From positions 1 to 53,437 of the IMG/VR virus record IMGVR_UViG_3300037195_001613: DNA of 53,437 nucleotides. One strand, given 5' to 3'. Positions 33,137-42,827 of this stretch are shown piece after piece. The position numbers and the translations under genes were made by a program. The stretch is from a virus. Lineage: Duplodnaviria > Caudoviricetes. The notes below the pieces were generated by a model. The model saw only the letters and a list, made by a program, of their open reading frames with translations, was not told the DNA's origin and searched no databases. Numbering within the stretch: position 1 is the first letter of the stretch; each line of letters begins with the position of its first letter.

Positions 33137-36100
33137 TGTTTCCTCTACTGTCAGATAGGAAAGGTCTTATTTCGTCAGCATTCTCTTGAATGGCTCTGAT
33201 TAGAGGCCGGGTTCCTTGTGCGGTCATTCTCTCATACGATTCTTCGTCTGCAACCATTACTACTCGAGCGGGTGCGGAGGATACCTGCACGTTTGTTGCT
33301 TGGGCAGGTCGAGAGCGTGTAATTTCTCCTCCGGTGGCGTATCCTACTCTGCCCGATCGCCTTGCCTGTTTTCTTACTTTGACATTATTGAGCAAAGATC
33401 TAGCACTTACAGGATCTAATGCTAAAGATCTAACTGCTTCCATGAAATCGGTTCCGTATTTACGAACTGCAGCAACTGTATGTACATATTCTCCAGGTTG
33501 AAGCCAAGCAGGAACAGTATCTTTAGGATCTAAGCCCTTAGGGCGGAAAGCACTAGATCCCCCTTGGGAATACCCTTTTGCTGTAGCATGGGCAAGAGTC
33601 GCAGTTCCTTTATTAGGTACCACCCCACCTTTAGCCAATCCGGTAGGCTGTCCAAAACTTCCCTTTATAAGTGACTTTAGGGCAGATAGGCCAGTGTCTA
33701 TTAATTCTTTAACTAGAGCCTTGACCATATCCTTACCTACCTGTTTAAAGAGTTTAGAGAATTGCTCTCTAATGGATTCCTCTTTGTCAGATAAGCCTAA
33801 CCCTGCTGCCACTCCTTCTGCTAGGATCTCTGAGGTGTCATCTTTAATTGTATTAAATGTGTCTACTATATTTTGTTGAAAATTATTTAATATGTTTCCA
33901 AGTCGGTCTTCCAGAAAGGGTATCTGAGATAGAATTTGTTCGTAGGCACCTTTTAAGGGACCTTCTTCTCTGCCCACATCTCCGAAATTAGGAGTATTAG
34001 CAAGTTCCCTATTCCGCCTTATTACTTCTTGTGTAATCTCTCCAGCTACTGCAGATTGTTGCCGAGCTACGGCAAGGAGTTCAGTCTCCATACCATGTAT
34101 CTCTCGGATCAGAGGAATTCTCTTTGTCTCTGGTAGATCTCTTAATAGTTTAGTTTGTGCCCTTAGCTGCTCTTGTCTTAGATTTATATCTCTTCGTACA
34201 GCCTCATCTGAAATCCCTCGAGATCTCTCAGTCGTAAGTGCATCTATTTCACGTCTGGTTCTTTCTCTCTCTAGAAAGTTATCAAAAGCAGCCCCACCTC
34301 TAGGATTCTGCCTTTCTCTTCTTTCGGTATCCCTATCTATTTGATCGAAAGCAAGAGTAGTTTGGAATCTAATATTATTTAATCTTTGTTCCTCTTTAGC
34401 TTCTTCTTTAATCTTTTGTATTCTAGCATCTTTAATCTTATTCAGGGCTTTTTCAATCTGAGCCCTAACCTCCAGGGTCTTATTTATATTTATAGTTAGT
34501 TGCGTTTCTTTGGTGGATAGAGATATAATATCTTTAGACAGATCAGCTATCTTTTTCTGAGCAGCTTCAGAGTGACCGAAGCCTTCTTTTAACTTAGTTA
34601 TATTATCTTCAGTATTTTCTATTATTCTTCTTTGAGATTTCTCAAAGGTTTTTGAGTCTTCTAATTTCTTTCTAGCTATATCTTCCCCTGATTCATCCCC
34701 CTCAGCTTTTAATCTAGTAATCTTTTTCTCTAATGCAGCAGAGGCTAGTTTAAGGGTCCTCTCCTTTTCTTGAGCTAATAGGTTTTCTTTTTGCAGAACA
34801 ATTATAGCGTCAATAGATGCTCGTTGTAACAGGGTTAATTTATTAGCTTCTTCATGAGCTACTCTTAATTTAGTTTGAACTCCTAACTTAGTTTTTTCTG
34901 CAGCGATGATATCTTGGGTAAGATGTAGGGTCTTCTCTTCAATTTCGAATTCAGTTTCTTTACTGATTCTTATAGAATCAGCTATGGCACCACCGAATCC
35001 TCTGGTAGATCTAGATATGTCTAAGCCTTGTTTGACGTCTAGAAGCTTATCTTTTAATTGCTCTACAGTTTTGAGTTGTTCTTTGAAGGCGCTATCTGAT
35101 TTGGCCAGGATGGCAGGTAAGTCATTAAGCTCGTCTACAAAAGATTTAGCTTCCGTTCCTGCATCGGCTAACCTATCTTTCATAGAATCAATACTAGTAT
35201 TGATAAAGGCGTCTACTTTATTTCCTATATCATTAAAAGAATCAGTAAATATCTGAGAGATAGTTTTATTGGTTTCGTTATTTTTAGAAGCGTCTTTTAG
35301 AGCTTGGTCATATTTATTAAGGGCTAAGTGGAAGTCTGCTTGAGTATCCTCTAATATGCCCTTTAACTCATCCCCTGGTTTTTTGAGTATCTTTTCTAAA
35401 TCTTTTGCTTTTTCAATTAAAGGATCTAAAGAAGCCCCTAATTCTTTGGATACCTCATTTGCAGCAAGTTTGGTTATTTCCAATACCTTAATTATAGCAT
35501 CTGTCGCGGTTATAAATGATGAAGTTAAGTTATCAACCAGGAAGACCGCGAGGGTCAGGATAGCTCCTTTAATTGTAGCTACCAGTATATCAAATGCTGC
35601 AGGAATACCTTCTTTTATGAAGTCTATAATTGTTGTAAGCTTTAGTTCCCATAGACCTAATTCTTTTGTTATGACTAAGGTTAATGCAGCTAGTGAGGCA
35701 AAGAGAGCAATTGCAGCAGTTATAGGTAGGAAAGCTTTTGCTACTATTGGAGCAAGGAAAAGAAATCCTTTACCTAAGGAAAGTACAGAGACTACAATTA
35801 ATGCTATAGTCTTTTTTATAGTAAGTAGTGCAGCGAGTATAGGGGTTAATAGTACTATTAATACAGCCCATGTGGCTTTTATAGTAAATAGTGTAGTGGA
35901 TATAGCAACTAAGGTATCTAACAACACTATGAATTTTCTGTTATCAGGTAGGAAACTTTTGAAAGCTTCTACACCCTTTTTCACTTCTTCCATCATTCCA
36001 TTTATGATGGCAGAAGTGGCTACAAATGCATCAAATAATAAATTAGCGGCAATTACAGCTAATTCAAGTGTTATTTTCAGAGTGGAGGATGTAGCAGTCA

Positions 36101-37652
36101 CTACAGACAACACATCTGCGCCAGATAGATTTTCTACAAATTCTCTGGATAATGTTACTGCGGTTTCAAGTACTGAGGATACTTCTTTTAGTACTGTAAT
36201 AACATCAGTATCTGGCTCTAGAATTCCGGTTAAAGGATTTTCTTCTAATAGAATATCTTGGACGGCCTTTAGGCTGTCTTTCAATTCATCAAAGAAATCT
36301 TTTAATCCTGTACCTAATACTAGGGATGTGGCTTGTTTTAGGTTAGCTAATATAACTTCGAATAGCTTTAAGGATTCTTTCTCTGCTGCAGCAAAGGCTG
36401 AGAATCTGTCATTGAGAAACTGAACTAGTTCTCCCGCTTCTTTGGCTTGTTTTATATCTTTATTGGTAATACCAAGAGCTGCGGCTACTCGAGTGGTCCG
36501 TATGTTAATGGTCCCCTGGAGGATTGAGCGGATTTCCTCTGCAAGCTGGTTCTGAGCCACGCCAAGGGCTGCAGCGGCTTGAGAAATCCGGACGGTGAAG
36601 GTTCGTATCTCGGTGAGGTCGAGTCCCGCGATAGCCCCGGGAGCGATCGAGACTTGGAAGGCTGTAAGCAATTGTTCAAAAGTTGCAGCAGTCTTCAAAG
36701 AGTCTTGACGAAGCAAGGTCATTTGTTTTCTTGCTTCTACTTGTGCGAGTACTAATTGCTCTGCTGGTGCTACAGCTTTTCCCAGGGAATTACGTAAATC
36801 AAAAGAAGCAGTTATTAGAGATGAGATACCTAAGGTAGATTTTTCTATAACGCTATTAAATTCTATTGCAGATCTTACAAGACCTACAAAAGCTTGAGCC
36901 GCTTTTCGTACAATCAGGAAAGCAGCTAATATTCCGAATAGCCTTCTGAAGGTAAAGGATATTCTATTTGTTCTTTTCTCAATTTGGCCTAATTGATTTA
37001 GGAAACCTCTAAGTGGGGCTGCGTTCCCGATTATACCAGCAACAAGCCCACCTTTTCTGCCTATGCCACCACCTGTACTACCACCTCCAAATGCAGATCC
37101 TAATGCTGCATTACCTTTAAGTCTGGCTAGACGAGTAAGTAAGGCTACTGATTTTGCTAATTGAGTATTCCATTGCCTAGTCTGCCCTGTGTTTGCTTTT
37201 ATTAATCTTCGTTGTCGTTCAAGTGCTTTATTAGTATTTTTAATTGCCGTGAGTACGGCTGCAGTGGCTTTATTTTTAGTCTGAGCTTTTGCAGCCGCTA
37301 AGAGGGCACTAGCTCGTTCCCTGGCAGCCGCAGCAGACTTTCTCTGAAGTCTTTCATCTCTTTTTAAGGTTTTAGCGAATGCGTTATTGGACCTTCTTCT
37401 ATCATTTACTGCTTTGGTTTGCTTAGCTATAGCTGTGGTATATTTGCCTGCAGTTTTAGATATTTTATTTAGGGTTTTGGATACGGTACTTATTTCAGTT
37501 TTTAAAGTCTTAGCGGATTTCTTAGACTCACCTAATGCCTTTTTAAATTCTAGAAAAGCCGTCTTAGAATTTTTCATATCCTGCTGAAACTGGACAGCAG
37601 TTACATGAAAATTGTCGTCTAGATTGATTCTGTAAGTTTGTTCTGCAGCCAT
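33129..37652 (-). CDS. tail tape measure protein
   Basis: 1507 aa helical protein with hydrophobic central region; C-terminal GLAKGG, DTVPAWLQPGEYV, GYATGG. Confidence 0.92.
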   Translation of the reverse strand: MAAEQTYRINLDDNFHVTAVQFQQDMKNSKTAFLEFKKALGESKKSAKTLKTEISTVSKTLNKISKTAGKYTTAIAKQTKAVNDRRRSNNAFAKTLKRDERLQRKSAAAARERASALLAAAKAQTKNKATAAVLTAIKNTNKALERQRRLIKANTGQTRQWNTQLAKSVALLTRLARLKGNAALGSAFGGGSTGGGIGRKGGLVAGIIGNAAPLRGFLNQLGQIEKRTNRISFTFRRLFGILAAFLIVRKAAQAFVGLVRSAIEFNSVIEKSTLGISSLITASFDLRNSLGKAVAPAEQLVLAQVEARKQMTLLRQDSLKTAATFEQLLTAFQVSIAPGAIAGLDLTEIRTFTVRISQAAAALGVAQNQLAEEIRSILQGTINIRTTRVAAALGITNKDIKQAKEAGELVQFLNDRFSAFAAAEKESLKLFEVILANLKQATSLVLGTGLKDFFDELKDSLKAVQDILLEENPLTGILEPDTDVITVLKEVSSVLETAVTLSREFVENLSGADVLSVVTATSSTLKITLELAVIAANLLFDAFVATSAIINGMMEEVKKGVEAFKSFLPDNRKFIVLLDTLVAISTTLFTIKATWAVLIVLLTPILAALLTIKKTIALIVVSVLSLGKGFLFLAPIVAKAFLPITAAIALFASLAALTLVITKELGLWELKLTTIIDFIKEGIPAAFDILVATIKGAILTLAVFLVDNLTSSFITATDAIIKVLEITKLAANEVSKELGASLDPLIEKAKDLEKILKKPGDELKGILEDTQADFHLALNKYDQALKDASKNNETNKTISQIFTDSFNDIGNKVDAFINTSIDSMKDRLADAGTEAKSFVDELNDLPAILAKSDSAFKEQLKTVEQLKDKLLDVKQGLDISRSTRGFGGAIADSIRISKETEFEIEEKTLHLTQDIIAAEKTKLGVQTKLRVAHEEANKLTLLQRASIDAIIVLQKENLLAQEKERTLKLASAALEKKITRLKAEGDESGEDIARKKLEDSKTFEKSQRRIIENTEDNITKLKEGFGHSEAAQKKIADLSKDIISLSTKETQLTININKTLEVRAQIEKALNKIKDARIQKIKEEAKEEQRLNNIRFQTTLAFDQIDRDTERRERQNPRGGAAFDNFLERERTRREIDALTTERSRGISDEAVRRDINLRQEQLRAQTKLLRDLPETKRIPLIREIHGMETELLAVARQQSAVAGEITQEVIRRNRELANTPNFGDVGREEGPLKGAYEQILSQIPFLEDRLGNILNNFQQNIVDTFNTIKDDTSEILAEGVAAGLGLSDKEESIREQFSKLFKQVGKDMVKALVKELIDTGLSALKSLIKGSFGQPTGLAKGGVVPNKGTATLAHATAKGYSQGGSSAFRPKGLDPKDTVPAWLQPGEYVHTVAAVRKYGTDFMEAVRSLALDPVSARSLLNNVKVRKQARRSGRVGYATGGEITRSRPAQATNVQVSSAPARVVMVADEESYERMTAQGTRPLIRAIQENADEIRPFLSDSRGNNG

Positions 37653-37864
37653 TTAAAGTTCTGGGGTTTAGATTGAGAGTCTTCTATAAGGCCTACAGTA
37701 GCTGGTTTGTCAGAATCTATTTTAGAGTATGATTCGCACACAGATTTCCATTCTTTTGGATCTGCGTTATTTGCTGCTCTTGAGAGAGAGGCAGTTTCTA
37801 AATTATTTTCCCTTTTTATACGGAGATGTGCTTTGTACAGTGCAGATAGGCTAGGAATAGGCAT
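37619..37864 (-). CDS. tail assembly chaperone, GT-like second part (probably reached by -1 frameshift)
   Basis: Its frame stays open upstream and overlaps the end of 37924-38568. Confidence 0.6.
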   Translation of the reverse strand: MPIPSLSALYKAHLRIKRENNLETASLSRAANNADPKEWKSVCESYSKIDSDKPATVGLIEDSQSKPQNFKWLQNKLTESI

Positions 37865-37923
37865 CCTAGTTAGGTAGTCTAAAGAAAAGGATAAATCAGA
37901 TATTAGAGTAATTATTATCTCTT

Positions 37924-38568
37924 CTAAGTCGCTCCAGAGTTTATTTTCTTCTTCTTCTTTTTCTGGGGCTCTTCTTTTTCTTCCGAGTTTAGTAAGGCCT
38001 CGTTCTCTTGAACTTTTTCCTCTTGCATCTTTGAGTTCAGGTTGAATGAGACCCTCTCCGCTAAAGGGCCTAATACTTTCTTGTTGGCTTCTAATATACC
38101 AGTTAAGTGGAACTTTAGCAAATCTACTGACATATTAGGATCAGTTATTAGAGATACACAGATATCAGGTGTCGGATCTGATAAATCTGCAAATTCCTCT
38201 CTTAGACTGGTTATTAGCATGTAGCCAATTATATGTTGACTCTCTTGAGCTAACAGTATATCAATTAATTTATCTATGGCCTTTTCTTTTTGAGCCAATC
38301 TAAAGGCAGCCATACTCTCAGAAACTGGATTGATTTGTACTTCTTCTCCTGATGTGGCCTCTTCATCTTTGGACTCCCATCGTCTAGTGGTGGAGCCAGA
38401 TTCATTTTGACCCTTATCTGTAAGTACGGTAATTACTTTTCCGATTACCTTACTCAGAGGTTTAAGTTTAAGGAGAACTTTGGTAGATGCTGGATAATAT
38501 TTATACGTCTTACCGTATCCCGATTGTTCTATACAAGACAGTTCTGGAAAGAAGGATTCAAAAGGCAT
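37924..38568 (-). CDS. tail assembly chaperone (G-like)
   Basis: Position between the major tail and tape measure genes. Confidence 0.7.
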   Translation of the reverse strand: MPFESFFPELSCIEQSGYGKTYKYYPASTKVLLKLKPLSKVIGKVITVLTDKGQNESGSTTRRWESKDEEATSGEEVQINPVSESMAAFRLAQKEKAIDKLIDILLAQESQHIIGYMLITSLREEFADLSDPTPDICVSLITDPNMSVDLLKFHLTGILEANKKVLGPLAERVSFNLNSKMQEEKVQENEALLNSEEKEEPQKKKKKKINSGAT

Positions 38569-38583
38569 ATTCTTTGCTCTGTT

Positions 38584-38657
38584 AAAAAGAAGCGGCCGTA
38601 CTCTAATCTCAGGTTCCTAGCCATGAACGGGTGCGTTAAAGGAGAAAGAGTACGGCC
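38584..38657 (-). terminator. long-loop terminator after the major tail gene
   Basis: Perfect 11-bp stem ggccgtactct/agagtacggcc, 42-nt loop, then gcttcttttt. Confidence 0.55.
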
Positions 38658-38674
38658 ATGAAAGAGAAGGGATA

Positions 38675-39583
38675 TTAGGTTATGTAGGGTTCTGGAGTAG
38701 TTACAGTTAGAATAGTAGAATCAGGATCGGCTGTAGAGTTAGCTTCTGCTACACCGTTCAATTGCATCTGCGCCCAGTCATCAGCAATCAATCCAAAGTC
38801 CCCTTCTGCCTTTAGGGAGATTTGGTGGAATTGGTATTCCGTCTTACGGTCTGCGTCTGCTGGGTTTTCTGCAATAAACTTCAAGGCACCTACAAGAGAC
38901 GTAGTTGTAAGCGCTTTTACAACATCTACACTTGCAGCAGCAGAGCCATTAGCAGCTACGGTAACTTCAAGATGCTGGATAGATCCCGTATCCAGTACTC
39001 CACCGTCAACTACAAAGAACCTACCCATCTTCAAGTCTACTTCAAAATCAGTACCCTCTGTGACAGTGGGAGTAGTCTCATTTACTCCAGTCACAGTTAC
39101 TGTACCGATATCGTAGATACGCTTAACTTGAACGTCTTGAGTAACTCCCGTTACGATACCATTTGCACCTTCGTACAAGTCAAACCACCTACCTCCAGAA
39201 TTAGCAGGAAGTATCAAGTTTCCCCCGGAAGGTACGGCGTCTGCAGCGGTGGGAGTGATAGCGGTTCCACCATTGTTTGTTCTTGAGGAAGTCGATCCCG
39301 AGAGAAACCTTGCAAGGTTTCCAAAGTTTACTTCATCAAGAGTAAGGGTTACTGAAAGCTTTTGAGAGATGGGAACCTCTTTGTCAGTAACCTTCAACCC
39401 ACCTCGGGAACTTTGGTGTTCAAGAGTTTCAGTCTCAAGGGACATATTAAACTCAATAGCATTTCCCAAATCCTCATATGCTTGGGGAAATCCATTCGCG
39501 TCCAATGACGCAAAGTAGACAATACCTCTCCCTAAGACATAGTCTTTGGTATTTGCTTTTCCAGTGGTATTAATTCCTGCCAT
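38675..39583 (-). CDS. major tail (tube) protein
   Basis: DYVLGRGIVYF, DLGNA, GDFGLIADDW motifs; position. Confidence 0.85.
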   Translation of the reverse strand: MAGINTTGKANTKDYVLGRGIVYFASLDANGFPQAYEDLGNAIEFNMSLETETLEHQSSRGGLKVTDKEVPISQKLSVTLTLDEVNFGNLARFLSGSTSSRTNNGGTAITPTAADAVPSGGNLILPANSGGRWFDLYEGANGIVTGVTQDVQVKRIYDIGTVTVTGVNETTPTVTEGTDFEVDLKMGRFFVVDGGVLDTGSIQHLEVTVAANGSAAASVDVVKALTTTSLVGALKFIAENPADADRKTEYQFHQISLKAEGDFGLIADDWAQMQLNGVAEANSTADPDSTILTVTTPEPYIT

Positions 39584-39597
39584 ATGGGTGTCTCCTA

Positions 39598-40017
39598 TTA
39601 TATGGGGATTACACTAGCGTCTATTGTTAAAGTAGCTAACGTGCCGTTGTTTGGGTCTTTTACAGGAGGATGAGTTATTATACAGCCTGTAAGATTTAAG
39701 ATAGTTTGTATATCAGGTAATTTAATAGGGGCTGCAGCTAATGCGTCTTCAAAAGCTGAGATATCTGCCTCTTCAGAAAATGATAGTTTTAATTCGAAAG
39801 TCCATGATGTTCGTTCATTATGTACTGTTCTTCTATTTAATTTGGCTGGAGCAAATTCCGAGGATATTTCATTGCAATAATACCCTGTTGGCCAAATGCG
39901 GTTAGCGGACCTAATAGGTAATCTGGACTCTGGGTCATAAGATACTCCATAGAAATATCCAGTTTTTACGTATTTAAGTATGGCTTGTTGTATCTTAAGC
40001 CTGTTTCCACGCATCAT
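39598..40017 (-). CDS. probable tail terminator
   Basis: Size and position immediately before the tail tube gene. Confidence 0.55.
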   Translation of the reverse strand: MMRGNRLKIQQAILKYVKTGYFYGVSYDPESRLPIRSANRIWPTGYYCNEISSEFAPAKLNRRTVHNERTSWTFELKLSFSEEADISAFEDALAAAPIKLPDIQTILNLTGCIITHPPVKDPNNGTLATLTIDASVIPI

Positions 40018-40546
40018 ATTGAGAAGAGGTTAGCGGCTTTATGGAACTACCTACGGGAAAAGGCTTCTCATCAGGGGCTATGTTGGTATAATTTCCTTGA
40101 ATATTATCACCAGCAGACACTAACCCCTTAAGGGTCTTTATTAGGTTGCCTATATCCCTATCCAACCTGATGAGTTCATCTCTTATTTCAAATGAATTCA
40201 GTCCCCTAAATAGGGAAGTCTCATTCCATTCTTCTTGCAGAGAATGGTCACCATCTGCAATTAAACTTCCAGCAGATCTCATCATGGATTGTTTGACGAG
40301 CTTTATTTCAAGAAGTATAGCAGTGTGTTTTTTATGCCCGTTTTCAGTAGTAGGATTTTCTTCGGTAGCTAAGGCAGTCAGAGTATTTATTTCAGTAATA
40401 CCAAACTCCATGTATATCCTATTTTTGGCTTCGGATATACCCTGATCCAATAATTTAGATCCTTTAGTGGGCTTAGAGTTATCAGATAATCCTAAAGCCT
40501 CTTTTAGATTTACTGTAGATTCAGAAAATAAAGGAACTATTGCCAT
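39995..40546 (-). CDS. probable head-tail adaptor
   Basis: Helical 183-aa protein (LKEALGL) downstream of the capsid gene. Confidence 0.5.
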   Translation of the reverse strand: MAIVPLFSESTVNLKEALGLSDNSKPTKGSKLLDQGISEAKNRIYMEFGITEINTLTALATEENPTTENGHKKHTAILLEIKLVKQSMMRSAGSLIADGDHSLQEEWNETSLFRGLNSFEIRDELIRLDRDIGNLIKTLKGLVSAGDNIQGNYTNIAPDEKPFPVGSSIKPLTSSQYDAWKQA

Positions 40547-40548
40547 AC

Positions 40549-40947
40549 TTAAATATCCAAGTCTGAGGTAAGAAAAGCTATGGCCTGACTCTTATTAGAA
40601 AAAAGGTCTTCTGAAGGATCTTTCTTTTTTACGATCTCATTTAATTGAGCAAGAGATTTTTTTGCGAGAGAAGATGGAGTTAGGTCATAAGTAGGGGCCT
40701 TATCTCCAGGCTCTCTAAGCTTTCCATCTCTGCCCATAATAGGAGCGGCATTTCCTTGAAGTTCGTGGAACATATCAGGAGCGCCTGATAGCCTTGCGAA
40801 TCCTGATTTTAGATGCTGCTCCATATGATCTTTAGGGATTAGTCCGTTTGGTATTCTTTGTCCTGGTTTAAGTATAACTTGACCTTGCTTTGTCCCAGGC
40901 TTCTTAGCTATAATAGATCCGAATTTAGTTACGTAGTACTTAGACAT
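40549..40947 (-). CDS. hypothetical protein with C-terminal HeH/Rho-N-like helix pair
   Basis: SLAQLNEIV...NKSQAIAFL; common after capsid genes. Confidence 0.55.
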   Translation of the reverse strand: MSKYYVTKFGSIIAKKPGTKQGQVILKPGQRIPNGLIPKDHMEQHLKSGFARLSGAPDMFHELQGNAAPIMGRDGKLREPGDKAPTYDLTPSSLAKKSLAQLNEIVKKKDPSEDLFSNKSQAIAFLTSDLDI

Positions 40948-40948
40948 C

Positions 40949-41119
40949 CTATTTGCTCTCAGACTTGGCTGCTTCTTTCTTTTTTACCACTAGTTTGGTA
41001 AAACAATCATCATCAGGGTCTAGTTTATATTTTTCAATATCGTCATCAGAAATGACGTCACCGTCTACAAAAAGAAGTTTACCTTTTTTGTAGATTGATC
41101 CTTTGATTCTGTAGGGCAT
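40949..41119 (-). CDS. small post-capsid protein (start trimmed to MPYRIKG)
   Basis: GGAG RBS; YRIKGSIYKKGKLLFVDGDVI. Confidence 0.6.
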   Translation of the reverse strand: MPYRIKGSIYKKGKLLFVDGDVISDDDIEKYKLDPDDDCFTKLVVKKKEAAKSESK

Positions 41120-41133
41120 AATCACTCCGAGGT

Positions 41134-41162
41134 AAAAAGGTAGGGGGTTTAAACCCCCTACC
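41134..41162 (-). terminator. intrinsic terminator after the capsid gene
   Basis: Perfect palindrome ggtagggggtttaaaccccctacc followed by a T run. Confidence 0.85.
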
Positions 41163-41190
41163 ATAGATAACTTCAATGAATCGACTATAT

Positions 41191-42249
41191 TTACGTGGTG
41201 CTAACCTGCATTGAAACGGTAGCTCCCGGTCGTCGTAGAACAGGAAGAGGCCTAGATGCGACCAATGCGATGATTGCAGAGGGGTCTTCCACTTCCCAAC
41301 TCTTGGAGAATCTTTCTGCCTGAAGAGACCCCCCTCGAATTGTCCTCATATCTTCGATTACTCCATAGTATCGAGCGAATTCAGCAGCGGGGTTTACTGC
41401 AATAAATTCAGCATACTTATCTCTGATAAGAGAGGTAGATGTGCCATTGACATCTACTTTACGGGAGTAGTTCCACACTCGGAGTCCGCAGAAGATACCA
41501 AGGAAGAGGACTCCATCGGTATCAAATGAGGAAGAAAATGTGACTTGACCCGCTGTCATATTATTTGCATCGAGAAGAGGCAAACGATTTATACGGATAA
41601 GTTCCATGAAGTCAACTGCAGCTTCCTCACCGAGAATAACATCTGTACAAGCAAGTCCCGATTCATCAGCAATAAGCTTCTTAGCTGTACGGAAATCTTG
41701 CTCAATTGTTACATCAGCAGGAGTAGCATCATCCCATTTGGTACCACCTGTGATAGTATGCCCAGCGGGACGAGGATAAGTTATCGTAAAGGTCTCTTCA
41801 TCATCTACTGTATACGATATTGCAGCCTGCAGAGCCAGGCAACACATATACTCTTCTGCATTAGTGATTTTGTCACTAAGGAATTGCATATCCCTTGCAA
41901 TATGACCATTAACCCCAGACCTTACTTGTCCAGCAGATGGAAAGATAGGAGTTCCAGGCTTACGTCCATACAGCAAATCAGAAGGAGTGAAAGGCCTCTT
42001 GATTCGGATATTAGGAGTCTGAACAGATTGCAAACTGGTGCTAAGACCCTCAACCATCTTAGCTTCAGCTCCCTCTCTAATGAAAGGGGCTATTTCTCTG
42101 CCACCTACGTAGCTTCCAATCTCTACCGATCGGGTAGGAAAGGTCTCACTTGCCCCGAATACCAATTTCTTAACGAATTGGTTAGGGGATTTTATTTCAT
42201 TAACTACCCGAGTTAATGAGGACCATTCCAACTGAGTAATTGTAGCCAT
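41191..42249 (-). CDS. major capsid protein (lambda gpE-like family)
   Basis: IAPFIREG, EEYMCCLAL, KWD, FSKSWEVEDPS...SRPLPV motifs. Confidence 0.92.
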   Translation of the reverse strand: MATITQLEWSSLTRVVNEIKSPNQFVKKLVFGASETFPTRSVEIGSYVGGREIAPFIREGAEAKMVEGLSTSLQSVQTPNIRIKRPFTPSDLLYGRKPGTPIFPSAGQVRSGVNGHIARDMQFLSDKITNAEEYMCCLALQAAISYTVDDEETFTITYPRPAGHTITGGTKWDDATPADVTIEQDFRTAKKLIADESGLACTDVILGEEAAVDFMELIRINRLPLLDANNMTAGQVTFSSSFDTDGVLFLGIFCGLRVWNYSRKVDVNGTSTSLIRDKYAEFIAVNPAAEFARYYGVIEDMRTIRGGSLQAERFSKSWEVEDPSAIIALVASRPLPVLRRPGATVSMQVSTT

Positions 42250-42276
42250 AATAAGTCTCCAAAAAGTTTGGTACAG

Positions 42277-42331
42277 TTTAAATTTATTTTGTCAAGTCGA
42301 CAAGGTATTTTTAGTTATATAGGTATCAAAA
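42277..42331 (-). promoter_or_regulatory. candidate capsid promoter plus 17-bp box shared with 47358-47374
   Basis: TTGTCG-N17-TAAACT with an overlapping TTGACA; ttatataggtatcaaaa at 42315-42331. Confidence 0.45.
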
Positions 42332-42637
42332 AGAGGGTTTGACTCTGAAATATACCTCGTTTAGATTATTGAAAATCTTACTAGCGGCGTCAATTACTTG
42401 TACCCTCAGCTCTAACAGTCCCTGTTTGTCTAAGATAGCAGGGGAAAGAGATACGGTTGCTTTCCCTTTATTAGCTACCTGATCCCCACTTACAAGCGCA
42501 GAAACAGTATCATGGGCTTCATTGTTTATCTTAGTTTGTACTTGCACTGTATGATTAGTTAGGTCTAATTTACTGCCATCGGAGTCCCGTATTATCATTT
42601 CTAAATGAGGGCTGTCCCCTACAGTAAATTCTTGCAT
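42326..42637 (-). CDS. BppU N-terminal-like Ig-fold structural protein
   Basis: VGDSP...DLTNHTV...GKATVSL...LDKQG pattern. Confidence 0.6.
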   Translation of the reverse strand: MQEFTVGDSPHLEMIIRDSDGSKLDLTNHTVQVQTKINNEAHDTVSALVSGDQVANKGKATVSLSPAILDKQGLLELRVQVIDAASKIFNNLNEVYFRVKPSF

Positions 42638-42641
42638 CTGT

Positions 42642-42827
42642 TTATCCTTCTGCAGCAGGAGTCCTTATTACCATCGTCTCATTCCCACATTTAGGGCATT
42701 CAATGAAATGCTTCTCGTTATCTCTAGGTACAGCCTCAACCAAATCATTCATTACATGCCCACATCCTACTCTATCGCCTTCTGTAGTCTTAGGTCCTCT
42801 GCAGGTATATTTATTTTTTAGAGCCAT
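42642..42827 (-). CDS. small Zn-ribbon protein
   Basis: TC...GCGH...ECPKCGN. Confidence 0.65.
   Translation of the reverse strand: MALKNKYTCRGPKTTEGDRVGCGHVMNDLVEAVPRDNEKHFIECPKCGNETMVIRTPAAEG

Noticed and set aside
35356-36423. 355-aa plus-strand ORF and other long antisense ORFs (41545-42216, 45740-46354, 38822-39286, 4534-4914)
   Set aside because: Shadow frames of well-supported minus-strand genes.
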